NCBI GenBank assembly: GCA_030247575.1
Contig: JAOTRV010000019.1
Coordinates: forward strand, 13,336-77,335
Source of the DNA: Sulfuritalea sp.
GTDB lineage: Bacteria > Pseudomonadota > Gammaproteobacteria > Burkholderiales > Rhodocyclaceae
Direction: 5' to 3'
DNA: 64,000 bases
The translations under genes were made by a program, and so were the position numbers. Shown piece by piece: positions 1 to 8,406 of this stretch; position 1 is the stretch's first letter, and each line of letters begins with the position of its first letter. The notes under the pieces are model-generated. The model saw nothing but the letters and a program-made list of their open reading frames with translations, was not told the origin of the DNA and made no database searches.

Positions 1-93
1 GCGGGTTGCACCAGGCGAGCAGCGAATCATCCGCTGACCGGAATCCCCGATCCCGCCGCCGGCGGCGGGATCGGCGCGGACCTCCATCAAAAA

Positions 94-114
94 GTCGACG
101 CCGGCGATACGGCG
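94..114 (+). repeat. Interspersed 21-nt motif, copy A (GTCGACGCCGGCGATACGGCG)
   Basis: Intergenic, 14 nt downstream of the nirD stop. Confidence 0.7.
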
Positions 115-127
115 CGGTACGCGCCGA

Positions 128-439
128 TCACTTCAGCCGCAGCCACACATCCCCGCCTTCCAGCTTGACGGCGAAGGTTTTGGCACAGCCCTTGTCCGGC
201 GCCACGGCTTCGCCATCCTTGAGGCCGATCTTCATGCCGTGCAGCGGACAGGTCACCGCGTTGCCGTGCACGATGCCCTGCGACAGGGGGCCGCCCTTGT
301 GCGGGCACTTGTCGTGCAGGCCGAAGACCTGGTCGGCCGCGGTGCGGAAGATGGCGATGTCGCCCTGGCTCGACGCCACCACGCGACTGCCCTGCGGCGC
401 GATCTCGTCGAGCGCGCAAACCCTGATCCAGCCAGTCAC
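128..439 (-). CDS. nirD: Nitrite reductase [NAD(P)H] small subunit (Rieske-type NirD)
   Basis: C-terminal 103 aa of the 128..1612 frame reads VTGWIRVCALDEI...CPHKGGPLSQG...CPLHG, which is Rieske-like. A GTG start overlaps the nirB stop (GTGA). The gene lies directly downstream of nirB. Confidence 0.88.
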   Translation of the reverse strand: MTGWIRVCALDEIAPQGSRVVASSQGDIAIFRTAADQVFGLHDKCPHKGGPLSQGIVHGNAVTCPLHGMKIGLKDGEAVAPDKGCAKTFAVKLEGGDVWLRLK

Positions 440-2931
440 GACACCACCTCCACTTCCTTGATTTCGATGACCTGATACTCGCGGCGCACCTCGGGCTTTT
501 CCACCGCCTCCCGCCACGGGTCCTCGTAGTCCTTGAGGGCGAACAGCAGGCGCTCGTACAGCGCCCTGCGCCGCGCCGGGTCGGCCACCACCGCCGCCTT
601 GACATGATCGAGGCCGACGCGGGCGACGTAATGACAGGTGCGTTCGAGGTAGAAGCCTTCCTCGCGGTAGAGCTGGAGGAAGGCGGCCGAGTATTCCTTG
701 ACCTCGTCGTCGGTCTTTACCTTGCACAGGAACTGGGCGACCTCGGTCTTGATGCCGCCGTTGCCGGCGACGTAGATCTCGTAGCCGGAATCGACGCCGA
801 TCACGCCGATGTCCTTGATGCCGGCCTCGGCGCAGTTGCGCGGGCAGCCGCTGACAGCGAGCTTGACCTTGTGCGGCGCGCCCATGCCGAACAGCATCTT
901 TTCCAGCTTGACACCCATCTCCATCGAGCGCTGGGTGCCGAAGCGGCAATGCTCGGCGCCAACGCAGGTCTTCACCGTGCGGATGCTCTTGCCGTAGGCG
1001 TGGCCGGAAACCATGCCGGCGGCGCCCAGATCGGCCCAGACCCTGGGCAGGTCTTCCTTCTTGATGCCGAGCAGGTCGACGCGTGCGCCGCCGGTCATTT
1101 TTACCGTCGGCACCTGGTATTTCTCGGCGATGTCGGCGATCACGCGCAACTCCGCCGGCGTCGTCAGGCCGCCCCACATGCGCGGCACCACCGAAAAGGT
1201 GCCGTCCTTCTGGATGTTGGCATGCGCCCGTTCGTTGACGAAGCGCGACTGCGGATCGTCCTTCGCTTCGCCCGGCCAGGTGGAGATCAGGTAGTAGTTG
1301 AGCGCCGGGCGGCAGGTGGCGCAGCCATTGGGCGTGTTCCATTCCATGTAGTGCATGGTGTCGGCAATGGTGAGCAGGTGCCGCTCGCGGATGGTCTTGC
1401 GCACCGCGCCGTGCGAATGGTCGGTGCAGGCGCAGATCGGCTTTTCCTTGGCGTCCGTCGGCGTGTAGGCGCCGCCGATGGTCGAGGCCAGGATCTGCTC
1501 GACCAGGCCGGTGCAGGAACCGCAGGAGGAGGAGGCCTTGGTGTGCTTGCGCACGTCCTCCAGGGTGAACAGGCCCTGGCTCTTGATCGCCTTGACGATG
1601 TCGCCCTTGCACACGCCGTTGCAGCCGCAGACCTCGGCCTCGTCGGGCATCGAGGCGGCCTTGGAGACGCCGGCATGCCCGCCGTCGCCGACGTGGTTTT
1701 GCCCGAACAGCAGCTGGTCGCGCAGCTCGCGGATGTTCTGGCCGTCCTTGACCAGCTGGAAGTACCAGCCGCCGTCGGCGGTGTCGCCGTAGAGCACAGC
1801 GCCGACCAGGGTGTCGTTCTTCACCACCAGCTTCTTGTACACGCCGCCGGCGGCATCGTTGAGCACGATCTCGTCGGTGCCCGGTCCGCCCATGAAATTG
1901 CCGGCGGAGAAGAGATCAATGCCCGTCACCTTGAGCTTGGTCGAGGTCACCGAGCCGGTGTAGCGCGCGATGCCGAAGTTGGCCAGGTGGTTGGCGCAGA
2001 CCTTGGCCTGCTCGAACAGCGGCGCCACCAGGCCGTAGGCGATGCCGCGATGCGCCACGCATTCGCCGACGGCGTAGATGCGCGGGTCGTAGGTCTGCAT
2101 GGTGTCGTTCACCACGATGCCGCGGTTGCAATGCAGCCGCGCCGATTCCGCCAGCGCGGTGTTGGGGCGGATGCCGGCCGCCATGACGACGAGGTCGGCG
2201 GGAATTTCGAGGCCGTCCCCCGGGTCGTAGCCCGGGGCAGGCTTGAAGCGAATCGCGGCTACCCGGCCGGACTCACCACCGAGCAGTGCTTCGGTCTGCT
2301 TTTCCAGCAGGAACTTGAGCCCACGCGCCTCCAGCGATGCCTTGAGCATGTCGGCCGCGGCCTTGTCGAGCTGGCGCTCCATCAGCCAGGGCATCAGATG
2401 CACCACGGTGACATCCATGCCGCGCAGCTTGAGGCCATTGGCGGCTTCGAGGCCGAGCAGGCCGCCGCCGATCACCACGGCGTGCCTGTGCGTGGCAGCG
2501 GCGGCGATCATCTCGTCGGTGTCCTTGATGTCGCGATAGCTGATCACGCCGGGCAGATCGTTGCCGGGCACGGGCAGCATGAAGGGCGTGGAACCCGTGG
2601 CCAGCAGCAGGCGGTCGTACTCTTCCTCGGTGCCATCGCTGGCGACCACCTTGCGCGCGGTGCGGTCGATCTTCGTCACCATCTTGCCGACATGCAGGCG
2701 GATGCCGTTGTCGGCATACCAGCCGAGCGGGTTGAGGATGATGTCGTTGATGGTCATCTCGCCCGCCAGCACCGGCGAGAGCAGGATGCGGTTGTAGTTG
2801 GGGTGCGGCTCGGCGCCGAACACGGTGATGTCGTAGAGGTCGGGCGCGAGCTTCAGCAGCTCCTCCACGGCGCGCATGCCGGCCATGCCGTTGCCGACCA
2901 CTACCAGTTTCTGCTTCTTCATTTTTTGCAC
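436..2931 (-). CDS. nirB: Nitrite reductase [NAD(P)H] large subunit
   Basis: 831 aa. N-terminal FAD/NAD Rossmann motif (VVVGNGMAG), a BFD-like [2Fe-2S] Cys motif (CGCNGVCKG) and a siroheme/4Fe-4S nitrite-sulfite reductase C-terminal half. Confidence 0.95.
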   Translation of the reverse strand: MQKMKKQKLVVVGNGMAGMRAVEELLKLAPDLYDITVFGAEPHPNYNRILLSPVLAGEMTINDIILNPLGWYADNGIRLHVGKMVTKIDRTARKVVASDGTEEEYDRLLLATGSTPFMLPVPGNDLPGVISYRDIKDTDEMIAAAATHRHAVVIGGGLLGLEAANGLKLRGMDVTVVHLMPWLMERQLDKAAADMLKASLEARGLKFLLEKQTEALLGGESGRVAAIRFKPAPGYDPGDGLEIPADLVVMAAGIRPNTALAESARLHCNRGIVVNDTMQTYDPRIYAVGECVAHRGIAYGLVAPLFEQAKVCANHLANFGIARYTGSVTSTKLKVTGIDLFSAGNFMGGPGTDEIVLNDAAGGVYKKLVVKNDTLVGAVLYGDTADGGWYFQLVKDGQNIRELRDQLLFGQNHVGDGGHAGVSKAASMPDEAEVCGCNGVCKGDIVKAIKSQGLFTLEDVRKHTKASSSCGSCTGLVEQILASTIGGAYTPTDAKEKPICACTDHSHGAVRKTIRERHLLTIADTMHYMEWNTPNGCATCRPALNYYLISTWPGEAKDDPQSRFVNERAHANIQKDGTFSVVPRMWGGLTTPAELRVIADIAEKYQVPTVKMTGGARVDLLGIKKEDLPRVWADLGAAGMVSGHAYGKSIRTVKTCVGAEHCRFGTQRSMEMGVKLEKMLFGMGAPHKVKLAVSGCPRNCAEAGIKDIGVIGVDSGYEIYVAGNGGIKTEVAQFLCKVKTDDEVKEYSAAFLQLYREEGFYLERTCHYVARVGLDHVKAAVVADPARRRALYERLLFALKDYEDPWREAVEKPEVRREYQVIEIKEVEVVS

Positions 2932-3288
2932 CCTTTGCGAAGATCGATTGACGTCGCTTGTCTATCAGCAAGGCGTGTGCCAGCACGAAAATGCGCGGAA
3001 TTGGCGCGAATCCGCGCGCGCGGCAAGTCCGTCCGCACTACATCGACTCATTTTCGTATTGCGGCGCACCACGAACGTGCGCAAGTCCGTCGTCGATCGC
3101 CGCCCGATTCCGTGCGCAGCGGCGGGAAGGCCGCCAGATCAGGGTTTTCGCGCGTGGCACGATCCCTGCTGAAGCGAAGTCGCACTGGCAAGGGTGCCGC
3201 ACCCGACCGTCCCGCCGCACATCGGCGAAGCGGACGCTGCAAGCCGCCATCACCCTGTCATTTCTTCGATTCCACGAAAGGAAACATC

Positions 3289-4101
3289 ATGGCTTATCTG
3301 GCACCTTCCGAGTTCGTCACCAAAATGGTGGATGCGGGCGAATCCAAAATCTACATGGCGACACGCGACGTGCTGATCCGCGCCTACATGGCCGGCGCGA
3401 TACTCGCGCTGGCCGCCGTGTTCGCGATTTCCGCCACCGTCATGTCGGGCTCGGCGCTGGTCGGCGCCATCCTGTTTCCGGTCGGCTTCTGCATGCTTTA
3501 CCTGCTGGGCTTCGACCTGCTCACCGGCGTCTTCGTGCTGACGCCGCTGGCCTGGCTGGACAAGCGCCCCGGCGTCACCATCAATGGGATCCTGAAGAAC
3601 TGGGGCCTGGTGTTCACCGGCAACTTCCTCGGCGCGCTGACCGTCGCTTTCATGATGGCCTTCGTGTTCACCTACGGCTTTTCGACGCCGCCCAACGACA
3701 TCGGCACCAAGATCGGCCACATCGGCGAGGCGCGCACGCTGGGCTATGCGCAGTACGGCCTGATGGGTTGGCTGACGATCTTCATGCGCGGCATGCTGTG
3801 CAACTGGATGGTGTCCACCGGCGTGGTCGGCGCGATGATCTCGACCACGGTCAGCGGCAAGGTGATCGCGATGTGGATGCCGATCATGCTGTTCTTCGCC
3901 ATGACCTTCGAGCACTCGGTGGTGAACATGTTCCTGTTCCCCTCCGGGCTGATGCTGGGCGGCAACTTCTCGATCCTCGACTACTTCATCTGGAACGAGA
4001 TTCCGACCGTCCTCGGCAATCTGGTCGGCGGCCTGGCCTTTACCGGGCTGACGCTGTACTCGACGCACATCAAGACCGCACCCAAGCGCAGCTTCAGCTG
4101 A
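3289..4101 (+). CDS. nirC: Formate/nitrite transporter family channel (NirC-like)
   Basis: 270 aa starting MAYLAPSEFVTKMVDAGESK. Multi-TM FNT-like sequence, divergent from nirBD. Only the last part of the long 604..4101 frame is used. Confidence 0.85.
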   Translation: MAYLAPSEFVTKMVDAGESKIYMATRDVLIRAYMAGAILALAAVFAISATVMSGSALVGAILFPVGFCMLYLLGFDLLTGVFVLTPLAWLDKRPGVTINGILKNWGLVFTGNFLGALTVAFMMAFVFTYGFSTPPNDIGTKIGHIGEARTLGYAQYGLMGWLTIFMRGMLCNWMVSTGVVGAMISTTVSGKVIAMWMPIMLFFAMTFEHSVVNMFLFPSGLMLGGNFSILDYFIWNEIPTVLGNLVGGLAFTGLTLYSTHIKTAPKRSFS

Positions 4102-4108
4102 TCGCCGC

Positions 4109-5845
4109 ATGGGCGCCGAACTGAGGCTGTCGATCGGCCAGCACTCGGACAGGGGGCGCAAGGAAAGCAACCAGGATTTCCACGGCGCCTGCCTGCCGCG
4201 CGAGCCGCAACTCAGCGCCAAGGGCGCGGCGGTGGCGCTGGCCGACGGCATCAGCAGCAGCGATGCCGGCCGCGCGGCGGCCGAGTTCGCGGTCGGCGGC
4301 TTTCTGGAAGACTACTACTGCACCTCCGATGCCTGGTCGGTCAAGACCTCGGCGCTGCGCGTGCTGGGCGCCACCAACTCGTGGCTGTACTCGCAGACGC
4401 AGCAGGGCCAGGGCCGCTACGACAAGGATCGCGGCCATGTCTGCACCTTCAGCGCGCTGGTGCTCAAATCGACCACCGCGCATGTGTTTCATGTCGGCGA
4501 CGGCCGGGTCTGCCTGCTGCGTTGCGGCGCCCTGGAACAACTGACCACGGATCACCGGATCTTCGTCACCCGCGAAGAAAGCTACCTCAGCCGGGCGCTG
4601 GGCATCAATCCGCAGCTCGACATCGACTACCGGACCGAAGCCGTGGAACGGGGCGACATCTTCGTCCTGAGCACCGACGGCGTGCACGAGCACGTCGCCC
4701 CCGTGCTGATCGTCGATCTGATTGCCCGCCATGGCGACGACCTCGACTCGGCGGCGCGGGCCATCGCCGACGCCGCCTTGCGCCAGGGCAGCCGCGACAA
4801 CCTGACGATTCAACTGGTGCGGGTGGATGAACTGCCCGCCGGGAGGATCGATGAAATCCGCCACCAGCTCTCCGAACTGCCGCTGCCGCCGCTGCTCGAA
4901 CCGCGCATGGCGTTCGACGGCTACACGATAGTCCGCGAGGTGCACGCTAGCAGCCGCAGCCACATCTATCTGGCGGTGGATCAAGACACCGGCGAGCGGG
5001 TCATCATCAAGATCCCGTCGATCGACCTGGGCGGCGATCCGGCTTATCTCGAAAGCTTCCTGATGGAAGAGTGGATCGCCCGCCGCATCGACAGCGTGCA
5101 TGTGCTGAAGGCGTGGCCGCAGACCCGCAAGCGCCATTTCCTCTACGTGGTCACCGAATTCATCGAGGGGCGGACGCTGGCGCAATGGATGGTCGACCAT
5201 CCGGCGCCCGACCTGGAAACCGTGCGCGGCATCCTCGACCAGATCGCGAAGGGCCTGCAGGCCTTTCATCGCCTCGAAATGCTGCACCAGGACCTGCGTC
5301 CGGAGAACATCATGATCGACGCCGCCGGCACGGTGAAGCTGATCGATTTCGGCTCGACGCGCGTCGCCGGCATCGCCGAGGCGGCGAACACGGCGAATCC
5401 CGATGAACGCAAGCAAATGGCGGGTACGCTGCAATACGCTGCGCCGGAATATTTCCTCTGGGAAGAAGGCTCGACGCGCTCCGACCTGTATTCCCTGGGC
5501 GTGATCGCCTACCAGATGCTGACCGGACGCTTTCCCTACGGCACCGGTGTCGCCAAGTGCCGCACCCGCGCCGAACAGAACAAGCTGAAGTACGCCCCGG
5601 CGCTCGAAAGCCGGCGCGATATTCCGCCCTGGGTCGACGGCGCGATCAAGCGCGCCGTCCATCTCAATCCCGACAAACGTTACGAGGAGTTGTCGGAATT
5701 CATCTTTGACCTGCGCCATCCGAACCGGGCCTACCAGACCGACCGGCCGCCGCCGCTGATCGAACGCAATCCGCTGCTGTTCTGGAAGGGCCTGTCGCTG
5801 GTTCTCGCGATTCTGCTGGTGCTGGCACTGACCGCGCGCCCCTGA
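4109..5845 (+). CDS. Bifunctional PP2C-type phosphatase / Ser-Thr protein kinase with C-terminal TM anchor
   Basis: 578 aa. The N-terminal half is PP2C-like (SDRGRKESNQDF, DGISSS, STDGVHE). The C-terminal half is Hanks kinase-like (HQDLRPENIMID, DFGSTR, APE), followed by a terminal hydrophobic helix. Confidence 0.85.
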   Translation: MGAELRLSIGQHSDRGRKESNQDFHGACLPREPQLSAKGAAVALADGISSSDAGRAAAEFAVGGFLEDYYCTSDAWSVKTSALRVLGATNSWLYSQTQQGQGRYDKDRGHVCTFSALVLKSTTAHVFHVGDGRVCLLRCGALEQLTTDHRIFVTREESYLSRALGINPQLDIDYRTEAVERGDIFVLSTDGVHEHVAPVLIVDLIARHGDDLDSAARAIADAALRQGSRDNLTIQLVRVDELPAGRIDEIRHQLSELPLPPLLEPRMAFDGYTIVREVHASSRSHIYLAVDQDTGERVIIKIPSIDLGGDPAYLESFLMEEWIARRIDSVHVLKAWPQTRKRHFLYVVTEFIEGRTLAQWMVDHPAPDLETVRGILDQIAKGLQAFHRLEMLHQDLRPENIMIDAAGTVKLIDFGSTRVAGIAEAANTANPDERKQMAGTLQYAAPEYFLWEEGSTRSDLYSLGVIAYQMLTGRFPYGTGVAKCRTRAEQNKLKYAPALESRRDIPPWVDGAIKRAVHLNPDKRYEELSEFIFDLRHPNRAYQTDRPPPLIERNPLLFWKGLSLVLAILLVLALTARP

Positions 5846-5854
5846 CCGGAAACC

Positions 5855-6178
5855 TCAGCCCGTGCTCCAGCCGCGCGGCCGCCGCATGCCGGCGATCTTG
5901 CAGGCCTGCTTGACGTAGCCGTAGGGAAACAGTTCGAAGATCAGGTTGCGCGAGCCGCCGATGCTTGCGGTCAGGTGGCGGGTGACGAAGCGCACGTCGG
6001 GGATGACCTGGTGCTCCTGGTAGAAATCGCGCATGAAGCGGATCGCTTGCCAGTGGGCGTCGGTCAGTTCGATGTTTTCCCGGGCGGCCAGAACCCCGGC
6101 CAGTTCTTCGCTCCATGCGGCCGGATCGATCAGATAGCCTTCGTCATCGTTCGCCGGCATTCTCATTGTCACTTCCAT
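5855..6178 (-). CDS. TusE/DsrC-family protein lacking the penultimate C-terminal cysteine
   Basis: The motifs WSEELA...IELTDAHWQAIRFMRDFY...LFPYGYVKQACKIAG are typical of DsrC/TusE. The C-terminus reads MRRPRGWSTG rather than the canonical ...PKPTGCV. The start codon is uncertain (6178, 6166 or 6160). Confidence 0.7.
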   Translation of the reverse strand: MEVTMRMPANDDEGYLIDPAAWSEELAGVLAARENIELTDAHWQAIRFMRDFYQEHQVIPDVRFVTRHLTASIGGSRNLIFELFPYGYVKQACKIAGMRRPRGWSTG

Positions 6179-6334
6179 CGAGCCTCTCCAGAAGGTTGGG
6201 GAACAGGATATCAATCAACCAATACATCACGCTGTGATATACGCACAGTATGATACTTTAGGTGCGCTGCCCTCTGTGGTGGCCGACGATACCCCCTTTG
6301 GAGTATTGAAAAAGGCAATTCGGATGTTTCTGAC

Positions 6335-6754
6335 ATGGCGAGACCACCCTTGAGCAAGCGCGAATTCGAAGCACTTTCGCAATTTCGCTACCAGTTGCGC
6401 CGCTTCCTGCGCTTCAGCGAGCAGGCGACGCGCCAGCGCGGCATTACGCCGCTGCAATACCTGCTGCTGCTGCACATCAAGGGTTTCCCTGCGCGCGACT
6501 GGGCCACGGTGGGGGAGCTGGCCGAACGGCTGCAGGCCCAGCACCATGGCGTGGTGGCGCTGATCTCGCGCTGCGAGAAACTGGGCTGGGTGTCGCGCGA
6601 GCAGGGCAAGACCGACCGCCGCGAGGTGGAAGTGCATCTCACCGCCAAGGGCGAGCGCATGGTGGCGAAGATGGCGCAACTGCATCGCGACGAACTGCTC
6701 AACCTCGAAGGCAATTTTCTGCTGCCGCAGTTGCAGGAACTGCAGCAGGACTGA
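6335..6754 (+). CDS. MarR family transcriptional regulator
   Basis: 139 aa with a winged-HTH pattern (ITPLQYLLLLHI...VGELAERLQAQHHGVVALISRCEKLGWVSRE...DRREVEVHLTAKGE). Confidence 0.85.
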   Translation: MARPPLSKREFEALSQFRYQLRRFLRFSEQATRQRGITPLQYLLLLHIKGFPARDWATVGELAERLQAQHHGVVALISRCEKLGWVSREQGKTDRREVEVHLTAKGERMVAKMAQLHRDELLNLEGNFLLPQLQELQQD

Positions 6755-6773
6755 CCGCCAAGGAGCGCATGCC

Positions 6774-6989
6774 GTGACCGAGCCGATCGAAATTGCCCAG
6801 GCCGTGCGCAGCGCCTGCGTGCAGGCCGCGCTGGACGGCTACGAACAGGCGCAGATCGCCGGCCTGTGCCAGGAAGGCGCCTGGGAAGTCGCCGTCGATG
6901 CGATACGCAGGGTCGACCTCAAGGAAATTCTGCGGAAGAAGGCGGCGGAGTCGTCCCCACCGCTTCCTCGCGGGCCTTCTTCTGCCTGA
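6774..6989 (+). CDS. Small conserved hypothetical protein (GLCxEGAWE motif)
   Basis: 71 aa with a GTG start, 20 nt downstream of marR. The motif AALDGYEQAQIAGLCQEGAWEVAVDAI resembles small proteins I recall from other proteobacteria. Its 3' tail overlaps the convergent ORF 6919..7128. Confidence 0.45.
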   Translation: MTEPIEIAQAVRSACVQAALDGYEQAQIAGLCQEGAWEVAVDAIRRVDLKEILRKKAAESSPPLPRGPSSA

Positions 6990-7128
6990 GCCGCTCGTTC
7001 TTGTCATCGTTGGCGAAAACAAAACGCCCATGCAGAACGCAACCCTTCATGCCCGGATCGCAAGGCAGATTATTGACTTTCGAACACAGGTCGTTCGCTT
7101 CGTGCGGGCAACCCCAGGAGCCGGCCAT
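6919..7128 (-). CDS. Cysteine-rich small protein (family not recognised)
   Basis: 69 aa from the internal Met: MAGSWGCPHEANDLCSKVNNLPCDPGMKGCVLHGRFVF. It lies 33 nt downstream of the nsrR-like gene on the same strand, so it is possibly co-transcribed. Confidence 0.45.
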   Translation of the reverse strand: MAGSWGCPHEANDLCSKVNNLPCDPGMKGCVLHGRFVFANDDKNERLRQKKAREEAVGTTPPPSSAEFP

Positions 7129-7160
7129 GATGAGTCCTTTGCGGTTTGATCGGAATGGCG

Positions 7161-7595
7161 CTAACGATGCAACAGAATCGCTTCCAGCGCGCGTGGCGTC
7201 TTCACCAGATCGGCCAGGGTGTAGTCGTCCAGCGCCGCATACAGCGCGTCGAAGGCGCGCACCAGAATTTTCGTCAGCCGGCAGGCCGGCGCGATGCGGC
7301 AGGTTGCGGTGTCGCCGGAAAGGCATTCGACGATGGGCGCGTCGCCCTCGCTGGCGCGAACGACCTGCCCCAGCCGGATGGCCTCGGGCTCGTGCGCAAG
7401 GCGGATGCCGCCGCCCTTGCCGCGTACCGATTCGATGACGCCGGAGCGCGCCAGTTGGTGCACCACCTTCATCAGGTGGTTTTCCGAAATGTCGTAGGCA
7501 GCGGCGATCTCGGGAATCGTCGCCAGCCGCTCGCGGTTGAGCGCGAGGAACATCAGCACGCGCAGGGTGTAGTCGGAAAAGGTCGTCAGTTTCAT
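7161..7595 (-). CDS. nsrR: Rrf2 family NO-sensing transcriptional repressor (NsrR-like)
   Basis: 144 aa starting MKLTTFSDYTLRVLMFLA, with the three-Cys cluster pattern C-x6-C-x5-C (ECLSGDTATCRIAPAC). It is divergent from a stress cluster. Confidence 0.85.
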   Translation of the reverse strand: MKLTTFSDYTLRVLMFLALNRERLATIPEIAAAYDISENHLMKVVHQLARSGVIESVRGKGGGIRLAHEPEAIRLGQVVRASEGDAPIVECLSGDTATCRIAPACRLTKILVRAFDALYAALDDYTLADLVKTPRALEAILLHR

Positions 7596-7615
7596 GTCCG
7601 GCAGTTTACGCCTAT

Positions 7616-7638
7616 AAGCAGTAAAAAAGATATTGCTT
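7616..7638. promoter_or_regulatory. Candidate Rrf2/NsrR operator 1 (AAGCAGTA-N7-TATTGCTT)
   Basis: 23-bp imperfect inverted repeat in the AT-rich nsrR/DUF59 divergent intergenic region. Confidence 0.4.
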
Positions 7639-7662
7639 TAACAAAAAGGCGGTGGTACGATA

Positions 7663-7685
7663 AAGCTGTATTAATTTTACTGCTT
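7663..7685. promoter_or_regulatory. Candidate Rrf2/NsrR operator 2 (AAGCTGTA-N7-TACTGCTT)
   Basis: Second 23-bp inverted repeat with the same half-sites, 47 bp from the first and 10 bp upstream of the DUF59 start. Confidence 0.4.
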
Positions 7686-7694
7686 TAAAGAGCC

Positions 7695-8039
7695 ATGACG
7701 ACAGACGCCTCCGAAGCCGCCGTTTCACTCGCCATCGACGAGCAGCAGGTACGCGACATCCTGCGCCGGGTCATCGACCCCGAAGTGGGCCGCGACATCG
7801 TTTCCCTCGGCCTGGTCTATCGCGTCGAGGTCGCCCCCGGCAACCTGGTGATCGAGATGACCATGACCTCGCCGGCCTGCCCGATGGGCGACATGATCGT
7901 CGGCGACGTCCATGCCGCGCTGGCGAAAGTCCTGCCCGCCGCGATCGAGCCCGACATCCGCCTGGTCTGGGAGCCACCCTGGAACCCCTCGATGATGGAC
8001 GACGCCACCAAGCAGCATTTCGGCTGGACCCCCGAATAA
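7695..8039 (+). CDS. DUF59/SufT-like metal-sulfur cluster assembly factor
   Basis: 114 aa with VIDPEVGRDIVSLGLVY...MTMTSPACP, the hallmark of the DUF59 (MIP18) family. Confidence 0.8.
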   Translation: MTTDASEAAVSLAIDEQQVRDILRRVIDPEVGRDIVSLGLVYRVEVAPGNLVIEMTMTSPACPMGDMIVGDVHAALAKVLPAAIEPDIRLVWEPPWNPSMMDDATKQHFGWTPE

Positions 8040-8099
8040 CAACAGCGACGCATCCCGAACCCCATCCGTATTTCAACCCCGCCACAGAGGAGCACAACC

Positions 8100-8390
8100 A
8101 TGACCACGACACAGAGCTTCAAAGCCACCATCGACGTCCGTCACATCATTCCGCGCGAGCGCCATCCGCTGATTTTCAGCACCTTCGACCATCTGGACGC
8201 CGGCGAGGCCCTGCTGCTGGTCAACGATCACGATCCGAAGCCGCTGTTCTACCAGTTCCAGGCCGAGTCGAAAGGCGAATTCACCTGGGATTACCTGGAG
8301 AACGGACCCGACGTCTGGCAGGTCAGGATCGGCAAGCCCGTCGCCGAGGGCTCCGCCGCGCCGGTCGGCGGCTGCGGCTGCAACCACTAA
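8100..8390 (+). CDS. DUF2249 domain protein
   Basis: 96 aa with IDVRHIIPRERHPLIFSTFDHLDAGEALLLVNDHDPKPLFYQF, the typical DUF2249 pattern seen next to hemerythrin/NnrS genes. Confidence 0.72.
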   Translation: MTTTQSFKATIDVRHIIPRERHPLIFSTFDHLDAGEALLLVNDHDPKPLFYQFQAESKGEFTWDYLENGPDVWQVRIGKPVAEGSAAPVGGCGCNH

Positions 8391-8406
8391 CGCAGACCAT
8401 CCGATC

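Noticed and set aside
604-3288. The long 1165-aa + frame (604..4101) and the 494-aa - frame (128..1612) overlapping nirB
   Set aside because: These are typical high-GC shadow frames with low-complexity Arg/Ala/Gly-rich translations. Only the C-terminal FNT part (3289..4101) and the NirD part (128..439) have family signatures. nirB occupies the real frame.
2932-3288. An ANTAR/NasT-type two-hexaloop leader upstream of nirB or nirC
   Set aside because: The hairpins I could draw have 7- and 11-nt loops, not the paired hexaloops with conserved A1/G4. No nasS/nasT gene is in the window. The element is kept only as an unexplained repeat module.
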